DNA of 39,560 nt. Origin: Clostridia bacterium. Its GTDB lineage: Bacteria > Bacillota > Clostridia > Oscillospirales > CAG-272. The stretch is taken from the NCBI GenBank assembly GCA_017648085.1, contig JAGCJI010000141.1:1-39560 (forward strand), given 5' to 3'. Made by a program: the position numbers and the translations under genes. Positions 18,468 to 26,574 of the stretch are shown here, piece by piece. The notes below the pieces were generated by a model. It was given only the letters and a program-made list of their open reading frames with translations. It ran no database searches and was not told where the DNA came from. Each line of letters begins with the position of its first letter. Positions within the stretch are counted from its first letter, which is position 1.

Positions 18468-21400
18468 TTATTTTTTGAACTCGAAGCAGCTGCCCGCCGC
18501 AAGCTCGGCAAACGGTCCGTAGAAGGACTTCTTGTTTCCGCTTGCATCCGTGTACTCAAACGAGGTTGAGCCGAAGAAGCCGCCGTTGTTTTCCGCAACG
18601 CCGTAGTAACCGCCGTTGCTGATATATCCGGAAGATGCCGTGCTGTCAAGCGTGAATACGTATCCGCCTGCGCCGTTAACACCGTCGTTGTTGAAAATTC
18701 TGATGTATTCGGGGGGGCAGACCGGGTTCACGTTGTGATAATCGTTGGACTTGAAGTATTTCTTATCCTTGTAATCGGCGTAGAGATACTTCGTCGCCTC
18801 GAGAATTCCGTCCTCGTCAAGGTCGGGCATATCGACGTATCCGTCGTTGTTTCTGTCGGCAACCTCGTAGTTTGCAGCGACGTGCGATTCCTTGAGGTGC
18901 ATTTTAGTATTGACGTTCTCATCGGTGCAAACTAGTTTAATTTCATAGCCTGCTGCCAAGGGCTCGTTCGTTTCAATATCGAAGAAGTTGACGTTATCAA
19001 GCTCTATACTCGGGAAATAGCATATATAGCCGAAGTACCAGTTGCTGTAGCCGTGTCCGGCAACGAAAACGCCATCCCAGGTGTGTGTATCCGTAGTATC
19101 GGGGTCCCTCGTATAAACGTAGCTGTCTACGTTCTTGAATTTAACGCTACCCTCCCAGGTTGAACCGTAGTCGCTTCTCATTCCGAAAAGGCTGTTGTTG
19201 CTTGCCTTGTAGAACTCTGCATAGTGAGTAGCATGTTCTACCAGGAGGTCGCCGCCGCCGGTAAGGGCGATGGTATGGAAGGTAGAGCCATTTATGATTT
19301 TACCGTTCCACATTCCCGAGTGAGCGTCAAAGCGGGAGAAGGTGGAGGCGTCCATAACGACGTTCTTGCAGAAGTTTGTTCCACCACTGCCCCAGAAGAT
19401 CTGGTAGCGTTTTATCTGGTTGATATCGTCCTCGTTGTAGTTGCTGCCGTAGGAGAATACCTGCGCGAAGAACATAGAGGATTGTGCCCCGGGATCATCC
19501 TTGTTTGCCGCATGCACGTTGCCCTGCGGGTCAACGGTAATCCAAAAGTTAGACTGATTAAAGTTTCTGTAGGTGAGGTTGTTTACATTCCACGCGTTGT
19601 GCGCATACGTACCGGTCGCTCCGCCGCTGCCCCAGTTCGTATAACCGTTGCTTGCATACTTCGCGATGTTTTGTCTGTAGCATCTGCGCGCTGCGAACGT
19701 ACAATTCTCATAGAGAATATCGGTTGCATCGTGAGCGGAGTAGAAGCCGTGGTATGCGGGTCCGATCTTACCCTCTGCCTGCTCCTGAAGGTTAAACTCA
19801 CCCTCAACGTAATGCGTAACTCCACGCATCGTGGTGAAGGAACGGCGAATGTCTATTCCTCTATTATAGTAGCTGGTTACGAACGTCTTGCCGTCTTCAC
19901 CCAGTATGCTTACTCGGCACGCCTTGGTGGTGAAGTGTCCGCCCTCGATCGTAATAGGCTCTATGTTAAGGGGAAAGATATCAATACTGTCGAGGTGCTT
20001 ATAATCGAAAATGATGGGGGTATCGGCACTTACTTTGCCGTCCTTATCAATAACGATAACCTCCTGCATTGCCTGACCCGCCACGTTATAGCTCTGTCCA
20101 AGACGTCTGTACACCTTGTGGCTTGAGTTGTAGGGGATGAGCATTGCGGGATAATTTACGCCGGGAATATCTATAACCGTCGTGTCGCGGTTTATGCCCG
20201 CTGTAGCAATCGCTTCAAGCTGGGATTCAACGTCGAGCGTCCACATAGGCTTGTCGGATACCACGGTGAACACGTGTCTCTCATACGTCTTATAGTCGTT
20301 TTCTTTCCAAACCGAAAGGTTGGTATCGTCTATAATAAAGTTTGCGCCGGTCCAAGTTACGTTAGTCATTATCGGAATGGTAACGTATTCGCCGTCAACT
20401 AGGTTGCTGCGAAGCAGGTAGGTTTTGCCGGGTGTGGCGTAAACGTGCTGACCGCCGGCATTCGCCTCAACGTGAGCTTTGTAGATTGCCGCAAAGTCGT
20501 CGGTAATACCGTCACCCTTTGCGCCGTATTCCTCGTAGGTAACTGTGCTGACGTCGCGGTTTACCATAGTTCCGGTAAAGTTGATAGCACCGGTCTTTGT
20601 AAATACGGTTTCATTAAAGAAATCCTTAACGCCGGAATCTATTTTGTTGAGGTATGCACACTCTATCACGAGCCGTCCGCCGTTCGAGGTGTAAACCTTA
20701 AAGTTCCCGTGCTCCGTCTTTAAAATCGGCTTTATAACGATGGACATATCGGTAGCATCTTCAAGTCCTACTATCTTGAAGTAATATCCGGTACGGTCAA
20801 ACATCTCGGTCTGAAGCCATCTCGCTGCTTCGGAATATACCGCGTCAAGAGTGTCGGTCGCTATGGTATAGCCCTTCATGTCAGCACCGTTCACCTTAAG
20901 AGCGGTGACGGCGTAATCGTCCTGAACCACAAGGATATCCTTGTCGCTGTTCATAGCTACGGTTTCGGGTGTTTCTTTGGTGGGAAGTCCGAGGATCTCG
21001 GTTCTGAATTTCTCAATAGCGGTCAGCAGAGATTTTTCGGTCACCGCATCGATTATAACCTTGTTCTTAACGCGCTTAACAACGTATCCCTTGTTGCCGA
21101 GCTCGTATGCATCAAAGTCATACTCCTCGCCTCTGGTGGTTACGTTACCGACAAGAACCTCAATTTCCTGCATTTTTTTCTCGTCGTTTTCGCGAACTAT
21201 TGAGGTTTTAATATCAATTTTATGAAGCTCGTTCTTTAACTTGTTCAACGCGTCGTAGACTTTAGAGGGAACAGTGCCCGACGTCAATACAATGTTGAAC
21301 GTGCCTTCTCCGTCTTCGACGAGCAAAAGGTCGTCAAGCGGCGGCTTTTCACCAAACGGCTCGTCGCATTTATCACAAACTCCGTCTCCGTCGCCGTCTG

Positions 21401-21485
21401 CGTGTGTACAAGGAGTAGAGCCTCCGCATGCAAACAGGCAAAGCGTCAGAGAAAGTGCGAGCAATAGCATAAATATTTTCTTCAT
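18468..21485 (-). CDS. 1005-aa lipoprotein: Cys/Asp mini-module, GH20b-like accessory domains, beta-helix-type domain (putative polysaccharide-active), DxDxDG motifs
   Basis: Lipobox LFA-C20; CTHADGDGDGVCDKC; EVLVGN..R..GYVVK...KVII resembling hexosaminidase domain 2; YGAKGDGITDD beta-helix cap; DRNNDG and DLDEDG motifs; GGAGG SD. The function is inferred only. Confidence 0.8.
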   Translation of the reverse strand: MKKIFMLLLALSLTLCLFACGGSTPCTHADGDGDGVCDKCDEPFGEKPPLDDLLLVEDGEGTFNIVLTSGTVPSKVYDALNKLKNELHKIDIKTSIVRENDEKKMQEIEVLVGNVTTRGEEYDFDAYELGNKGYVVKRVKNKVIIDAVTEKSLLTAIEKFRTEILGLPTKETPETVAMNSDKDILVVQDDYAVTALKVNGADMKGYTIATDTLDAVYSEAARWLQTEMFDRTGYYFKIVGLEDATDMSIVIKPILKTEHGNFKVYTSNGGRLVIECAYLNKIDSGVKDFFNETVFTKTGAINFTGTMVNRDVSTVTYEEYGAKGDGITDDFAAIYKAHVEANAGGQHVYATPGKTYLLRSNLVDGEYVTIPIMTNVTWTGANFIIDDTNLSVWKENDYKTYERHVFTVVSDKPMWTLDVESQLEAIATAGINRDTTVIDIPGVNYPAMLIPYNSSHKVYRRLGQSYNVAGQAMQEVIVIDKDGKVSADTPIIFDYKHLDSIDIFPLNIEPITIEGGHFTTKACRVSILGEDGKTFVTSYYNRGIDIRRSFTTMRGVTHYVEGEFNLQEQAEGKIGPAYHGFYSAHDATDILYENCTFAARRCYRQNIAKYASNGYTNWGSGGATGTYAHNAWNVNNLTYRNFNQSNFWITVDPQGNVHAANKDDPGAQSSMFFAQVFSYGSNYNEDDINQIKRYQIFWGSGGTNFCKNVVMDASTFSRFDAHSGMWNGKIINGSTFHTIALTGGGDLLVEHATHYAEFYKASNNSLFGMRSDYGSTWEGSVKFKNVDSYVYTRDPDTTDTHTWDGVFVAGHGYSNWYFGYICYFPSIELDNVNFFDIETNEPLAAGYEIKLVCTDENVNTKMHLKESHVAANYEVADRNNDGYVDMPDLDEDGILEATKYLYADYKDKKYFKSNDYHNVNPVCPPEYIRIFNNDGVNGAGGYVFTLDSTASSGYISNGGYYGVAENNGGFFGSTSFEYTDASGNKKSFYGPFAELAAGSCFEFKK

Positions 21486-21523
21486 AAACTGCCTCCGTAA
21501 AAAAATAAATATTTATCAATTTT

Positions 21524-21552
21524 ATTATACTTAAAAGCGCGCGCGTAGTCAA
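21524..21552 (-). promoter_or_regulatory. sigma-A promoter of the 1005-aa lipoprotein
   Basis: TTGACT(21552-21547)-17-TATAAT(21529-21524). Confidence 0.7.
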
Positions 21553-21598
21553 GCGTGAGAATAAACAAACAAAAAAGAACTCATTGTATAAAAGCGAC

Positions 21599-21630
21599 AA
21601 AAAAAGACCGAACTGTGAACGAATTCGGTC
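21599..21630 (-). terminator. Terminator downstream of thiT
   Basis: Minus strand GACCGAA...TTCGGTC followed by T7. Confidence 0.7.
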
Positions 21631-21679
21631 ATTTGGGGTGCATTAGCAAATTTATTTCGCGTCGCGCGAACGTGCCTTG

Positions 21680-22261
21680 TCAGTTTATACCGACAAGCTT
21701 TCGTATCTCGGCCTTGCGCATCATAATTACAGCCACGGCAAAGCAAATGGCGAGGTCTACTCCCAAAAACGAGCCGTTGTATGCAAAGGAATAGAGATAT
21801 TTACCCATTCCCTCGGGTGCCCACTGTCCCCAGATGGCAACACCTGTCACAAAGTGGCAAAGGAAGCGGAAAAGAACGCACGCTCCCATACCTACGTAGA
21901 AAGAAATCTCTCGCGACTTTATGAGCTTTGTCTTAAGCAGCGCGCCTGAAAGCCCGATTACCGTGAAGGGAACTACGTAATCAAATATAATGCACAGGGC
22001 AAGGGTGGCACCGGTTTCGCAGTACGGAAAAACGTTTCCCTCAACCAAAGCCTGTGCAAGCTGTGTCAGGGAGTAAACAAATCCCGTGCCGAGTCCTATC
22101 ACAGGACCGTATTTAACGCTTATCAGCATTATCGGCAGCATACTCGCCACGGTCACCGATCCACCGAGGGGCATCTCGTACAGCTTCGCACAGCTTAAGG
22201 TAAACGCGAGAGCTACCATTATGGAGCATTCCGTCAGAACCGTGATTTTTGAATTTCGCAT
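21680..22261 (-). CDS. thiT: Energy-coupled thiamine transporter S component
   Basis: Hydrophobic 193 aa; MPLGGSVT, FDY, RFLCHFVTG..IWG.WAPEG and YSFAYN; preceded by a TPP riboswitch. Confidence 0.9.
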   Translation of the reverse strand: MRNSKITVLTECSIMVALAFTLSCAKLYEMPLGGSVTVASMLPIMLISVKYGPVIGLGTGFVYSLTQLAQALVEGNVFPYCETGATLALCIIFDYVVPFTVIGLSGALLKTKLIKSREISFYVGMGACVLFRFLCHFVTGVAIWGQWAPEGMGKYLYSFAYNGSFLGVDLAICFAVAVIMMRKAEIRKLVGIN

Positions 22262-22272
22262 AATATCACCTC

Positions 22273-22309
22273 AAAATAAAATACCGCACAGGACATACAT
22301 CCGTGCGGC
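22273..22309 (-). terminator. Riboswitch expression-platform terminator
   Basis: Minus strand GCCGCACGGA-TGTATG-TCCTGTGCGGT then ATTTTATTTT, lying between the aptamer and the thiT SD. Confidence 0.65.
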
Positions 22310-22326
22310 AGATTACTCAAAGGTAA

Positions 22327-22409
22327 AACGATCTTCCTACGACGGCATTATCCGTATCAGGTTAAAGGGTTTGACTCGCGTCATCTCAGCACAAAGCACC
22401 CCTGATGTT
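22327..22409 (-). ncRNA. TPP (THI-box) riboswitch
   Basis: The minus strand reads AGGGGTGCTTTGTGCTGAGA...ACCCTTTAACCTGATACGGATAATGCCGTCGTAGGAAG, containing the GCUGAGA, ACCUGAU and UAAUGC..CGUAGG hallmarks, upstream of thiT. Confidence 0.93.
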
Positions 22410-22431
22410 ATATTCTGTTCGGTTCGATAAG

Positions 22432-22460
22432 ATTATATCACCCCACACCTCGCTTGTCAA
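22432..22460 (-). promoter_or_regulatory. Consensus sigma-A promoter for riboswitch-thiT
   Basis: TTGACA(22460-22455)-17-TGnTATAAT (hexamer 22437-22432). Confidence 0.85.
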
Positions 22461-22466
22461 GCGGTT

Positions 22467-23081
22467 TTAGGGATTTTGTTCACAAATTACGAGCAGCGCA
22501 CCGTCCCTTACCGAAATCTGCGCTTCGGATGAGGTGAACTCGTTTGATACGCCGAGCGGAAAGCTCGGGGTAAGGGTGGCGTCCTGCAGGGTATAATAGA
22601 GCCCCTTAATGTCTACGCCGACAGCGTTGCCGCCAATGGCAAATACAGAAACGCGCTTTCCTGCTTTTCCCGATACCCGTGTAGCGTTATTTTTTATGAC
22701 GAAGGCAACGTCGCCCCTGCCGTAAAGCGTTGCTCTGTCCCCGCGCTCCGCAATAAAGAGCAAGAGTGAATACGCGGCGAGAGTGTGGTCGGACCGACCG
22801 CCGACCGCACCGTATATGCAAAAGGTGTGAAAGCCGCGCCGTGCCCCCTCAAGATACGCAAGGTGTAGGTCAGTTTCGTCCTTTTCTTTCTTGTAGCGAA
22901 TTATCTCGATTCCGTCGGGAATTTTTGACACGGAGTCCATGTCGCCGATCAAAAGGTCGCATCTGATGCCAAGGCGCACAAGGGCATCGTAGCCGCCGTC
23001 AGCCGCTATAACCAGGTCGTCCTTGTCGGGATCGAAGCTGCCGTAAAGCTCCCCTGCGCCCACTATATAACAGTTTTTCAT
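22467..23081 (-). CDS. thiN: Thiamine diphosphokinase
   Basis: IAADGG, IGDMDS, KDETD, GAVGGRSDH, GLYY.L and LGVSNEF. Confidence 0.93.
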   Translation of the reverse strand: MKNCYIVGAGELYGSFDPDKDDLVIAADGGYDALVRLGIRCDLLIGDMDSVSKIPDGIEIIRYKKEKDETDLHLAYLEGARRGFHTFCIYGAVGGRSDHTLAAYSLLLFIAERGDRATLYGRGDVAFVIKNNATRVSGKAGKRVSVFAIGGNAVGVDIKGLYYTLQDATLTPSFPLGVSNEFTSSEAQISVRDGALLVICEQNP

Positions 23082-24352
23082 TCTTCAAATTCCCCACGCA
23101 TATCAAGCATCTCGTCAAGAGCGCGCATAACGCCGAGCTTGCCGTATTCGTATGTAAGTCCGCCCTGCATATAAGCGGTGTAGGGCTCGCACAGCGGTCC
23201 GTCACAGGAAAGCTCGTTGGTCGCGCCCGTAACGAACGTGCCTGCAGCCATGATTTCGGGGTGCGGGTAGCCCGGCATCTCACCGGGTTCGGGTATGCAA
23301 TACGCCTCGACGGGCGAGCCCATCTGTATTCCCTTGCAGAATTTTATGAGCTTGTCCGGGGAGTGCAGATCCATAGTTTGTACTATATCGGTTCGTTTTT
23401 CGTCATATCTCGGACTAACGTCGCCAAAGCCGGCGAGCTCAAGCAGCCTTGCGGCAAACGCCATTGATTTAAGCGTGGATGCAACCGCCGCCGGTGCCAT
23501 AAAGAAGCCCTTGTAAAACGATGCAAGCTGATTGAAGTTTGCACCGAGGGACTTTCCGACGCAAGGTGCGGTCAGTCGCTCGGAAATATCCTCTATAATG
23601 TCGCGGCGACCGACGCAGTATCCGCCGCTCACGGCAAAGCCTGCGCCGAGATTTTTCATCATTGAGCCGACGAAAACGTCAGCGCCCACGTCGGTGGGCT
23701 CTCTGTCCTCGCAAAATTCGCCGTAACAGTTGTCTACCATAATAACCGTATCGGGTGACGCCGCCTTTATTACCTTAATGGCCTCGGCAATTTTATCTAT
23801 CGTCAGGCTCTTGCGTTGGGCGTATCCGCGGCTTCTCTGTATCGCGGCAACCTTAACATCACCGCGCGCAACCCTTGCCTTTATGGCGTCAAGGTCAAAC
23901 TCGTCGCCGACAAGGTCTATCTCCTCGTATTTTACACCGCATCTGATAAGAGAATTGCGGCTATCGCCCGCCGTGCCTATAACGCTTTGGAGGGTATCGT
24001 AGGGAGTACCGGAAACGTAGAGAAGTGTATCCCCGTGCTTCAAAAGTCCGCCAAGCGTAACGGCAAGTGCATGCGTGCCCGACATAAGCTGTGGGCGCAC
24101 GAGCGCATCCTCTGCGCCGAACACCCTGGCGTATATTTCCTCAAGCTTATCTCTGCCCGAATCGGCATAGCCGTAACCGGTGATTTCAATAAAATCCGCG
24201 GTTGAAACGCGACATTCCTGGAACGCCGACAAAACCTTTGCCGAGCAGATAAGTGCGTTCTCTTCTATTTTTTTGAAAACGTCAGCGCAATCCGCCTCCG
24301 CCTTTTTTGCAAGGCGCGCGGTATAGTCGCTGATCTTGTAACCGTAATACAT
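23078..24352 (-). CDS. YnbB-like PLP enzyme (methionine gamma-lyase / aluminium-resistance family)
   Basis: TGYGYADSGRD.LE, ALVRPQLMSGTHAL, PYDTL, IQRSRGY, VDNCYGEF, GSMMKNLG, IMAAGTF and QGGLT. Confidence 0.9.
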   Translation of the reverse strand: MYYGYKISDYTARLAKKAEADCADVFKKIEENALICSAKVLSAFQECRVSTADFIEITGYGYADSGRDKLEEIYARVFGAEDALVRPQLMSGTHALAVTLGGLLKHGDTLLYVSGTPYDTLQSVIGTAGDSRNSLIRCGVKYEEIDLVGDEFDLDAIKARVARGDVKVAAIQRSRGYAQRKSLTIDKIAEAIKVIKAASPDTVIMVDNCYGEFCEDREPTDVGADVFVGSMMKNLGAGFAVSGGYCVGRRDIIEDISERLTAPCVGKSLGANFNQLASFYKGFFMAPAAVASTLKSMAFAARLLELAGFGDVSPRYDEKRTDIVQTMDLHSPDKLIKFCKGIQMGSPVEAYCIPEPGEMPGYPHPEIMAAGTFVTGATNELSCDGPLCEPYTAYMQGGLTYEYGKLGVMRALDEMLDMRGEFEE

Positions 24353-24366
24353 CGTATAGTCCTCTC

Positions 24367-25062
24367 TTAAATTCTGCGAAGTATGTCTACAAACTCCGAA
24401 AGGGTGGAAATTTCATAATCTGCGCGGATATCCTCCCTTTGCGGCAACCCTTTAGGGTTGAAGTGGCAGGTAGTAATTCCCGCGTTTATTCCGCCGAGTA
24501 TATCCGAGCCAAGACTGTCACCGAGGATTATCGCCTCGTCACGCGAAAAATTCGGTATCGCGGCAAAGCAGCCTTCAAAAAACTCGCGCGAAGGTTTGTC
24601 GTAGCCGATCCTCTGCGATATAAAAATTCCGTCAAAATATTTTGCTATTCCCGAAAGCGATATTCTTCCGTCCTGCACGACTGCCGTGCCGTTGGATGCA
24701 ATATACAAGTGATATTTGCCGTAAAGAGCTTTTACTAATTCTTCGCCCCCCGTATACCAGCACCACTCTCCGCTCAAGGTGCGCTCGTATATGGCTTGTG
24801 CCTCCACGTGAGAGATGTCCGAGCGCCCCATTTTTTCAAACAGGATTCTGAAACGGCGCGTGAGAATATCTGCTCTGGTGGCTTCGCCTCGCTCGAGCAT
24901 TTGCCACATAGAGCGGTTGATCTCGCTGTAATCACGCAAAATATCATCCGTTGGCTCAACGCCTAACGTGCGGAAGGTTTTTGACAGTGCCACCGCCTCG
25001 GATTTGTGAAAATCAAAGAGGGTGTCGTCAAGGTCAAGAAAAACGTGCTTGATTTTAGACAT
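24367..25062 (-). CDS. YjjG-family HAD nucleotidase
   Basis: DLDDTLFDF, ASNG, GYDKP and GDSLGSDILGG HAD motifs I-IV. Confidence 0.88.
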   Translation of the reverse strand: MSKIKHVFLDLDDTLFDFHKSEAVALSKTFRTLGVEPTDDILRDYSEINRSMWQMLERGEATRADILTRRFRILFEKMGRSDISHVEAQAIYERTLSGEWCWYTGGEELVKALYGKYHLYIASNGTAVVQDGRISLSGIAKYFDGIFISQRIGYDKPSREFFEGCFAAIPNFSRDEAIILGDSLGSDILGGINAGITTCHFNPKGLPQREDIRADYEISTLSEFVDILRRI

Positions 25063-25804
25063 AAACGTCCACCTCTATATTAAGTTTGCCTTTTTTGGAT
25101 TTTGTTTCGTATCCGCGATATATAAATCTACCGTGTCCGCGCACGCTGACGACTTCTCCCTCCTTAAGCTGATAGGAGTTGTTTTCGCACAGCCTGCCGC
25201 CGACGAAAACGAGCCGCTTTGTAAAAAGCGTGCTTGCCTCCTCGCGTGAGAGAGAAAACAGCTTTGCGACTATCGCATCAATTCTTTCTCCTACCGCTTG
25301 GACACGACGTCTTTCGGTTCTGTAAAGCTCGCGCGCCTCCGGGGCATCTGCTTCCGATAGGATAACGTCCGTGCGCTTTACTCTCCCAAGCTCGCTCATC
25401 ACGTGGGGCGCGACGTCCTTTTTTACGAATATATATCCGACATTGTCTATTATGGCTATATCACCAAGGGTGCTACGCTCGATTCCCAGGTTTAAAAGCG
25501 CGCCGAGAAAATCTCTGTGGGTAAGCTTGTCGGCGAATTTTTGCGACACGGGCTCGGCCTTAACGCATACTATCGGAAAATCCGAGCCGAACGAGCCGTC
25601 CTCTCCGAATCTTATTATGACGCGCTCTGCACCCTCTACTCCGCCAAATAGCGTATAGGCGGTCGGGGAGAGGGAATTCTTTATTTCGGCAAACACCGAT
25701 TGCTCCGCAAGGCCGAGAAAGTCCGTGTAGGTGTAGATTCCTCTTTCGGTTGCCTTGCGGTACAGCTCGGCAAATCTTTTCTTTAAAAATTCCTGCTCGT
25801 CCAT
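25055..25804 (-). CDS. ylmH: YlmH/Sll1252-family S4 RNA-binding protein
   Basis: TDFL, FGG..GAER, LTHRDFLGALLNLGIER..LGDI, RIDAIVA and SVRGHGRF. Confidence 0.88.
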   Translation of the reverse strand: MDEQEFLKKRFAELYRKATERGIYTYTDFLGLAEQSVFAEIKNSLSPTAYTLFGGVEGAERVIIRFGEDGSFGSDFPIVCVKAEPVSQKFADKLTHRDFLGALLNLGIERSTLGDIAIIDNVGYIFVKKDVAPHVMSELGRVKRTDVILSEADAPEARELYRTERRRVQAVGERIDAIVAKLFSLSREEASTLFTKRLVFVGGRLCENNSYQLKEGEVVSVRGHGRFIYRGYETKSKKGKLNIEVDVYV

Positions 25805-26556
25805 CAGATTCCGGCAAGGTCGACGGGGTACATTATTTTGAGCTGATTTATCTTGGATTCATATGCCTTGCGGCGCTTCTCGTTAAGCAGTCCTGCTTTG
25901 ATCTGGTCGGCGATTTCGCTATAGGAATAAAGCTTTGCCTCCTCCTTGGAGTTGAGCAAAATAAGGTGATAGCCGAACTGCGTTTTTACCGGCTCCTTCG
26001 TTAATTCGCCCACCGACATTGCAAATACCGCGCTGTCAAATTCGGAGACCATCTGTCCGCGCTCAAAGCTGCCGAGATTTCCGCCCGCATCCTTGGAGGG
26101 ACACTTTGAATATGCCCTTGCCGCATCCTCAAAGCTTATTTTTCCGCTTGTGATCTCCTCGTGTATTTTCTTCGCCTCATCCTCGGTATCGACGAGAATG
26201 TGGCTCGCATTTACCGACTCGCCGCTTGTGAACTCTGCCTTGTTATCCTCGTAATATTCTTTTGCCTCGGCATCGGTTACGGTAACGGAGGCAATCGCCT
26301 TTTCACCCGCGTAGCTTATAAGCAGGTTTTCTTTAAGGCGGTTTAATTCATCTCTGAACGCCGGCTCTGCCTCGTAAAGATTTCTTCTCGCGTCAAGCAA
26401 GAGCAGCTTGTTGTTTATAACCTGATTGAGAAGCGCGCGTCTGCCCTCGGGGGAGTTATACGCTTGTCCCCTCTGTCCAAGTCCGCGCATAAGCTCTGCA
26501 AGGTCCTTTTCCGTAACGGTAATATTGCCTACCGTAGCAAGTATTCTGTCTGCCAT
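25804..26556 (-). CDS. Parvulin-type peptidyl-prolyl isomerase (PrsA-like fold, no signal peptide)
   Basis: ASHILV, FEDAARAYSKCPS, GGNLG.F.RGQMV.EF and PVKTQFGYHLI. Confidence 0.9.
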   Translation of the reverse strand: MADRILATVGNITVTEKDLAELMRGLGQRGQAYNSPEGRRALLNQVINNKLLLLDARRNLYEAEPAFRDELNRLKENLLISYAGEKAIASVTVTDAEAKEYYEDNKAEFTSGESVNASHILVDTEDEAKKIHEEITSGKISFEDAARAYSKCPSKDAGGNLGSFERGQMVSEFDSAVFAMSVGELTKEPVKTQFGYHLILLNSKEEAKLYSYSEIADQIKAGLLNEKRRKAYESKINQLKIMYPVDLAGI

Positions 26557-26574
26557 TTTTCTATCTCCTTAAAA

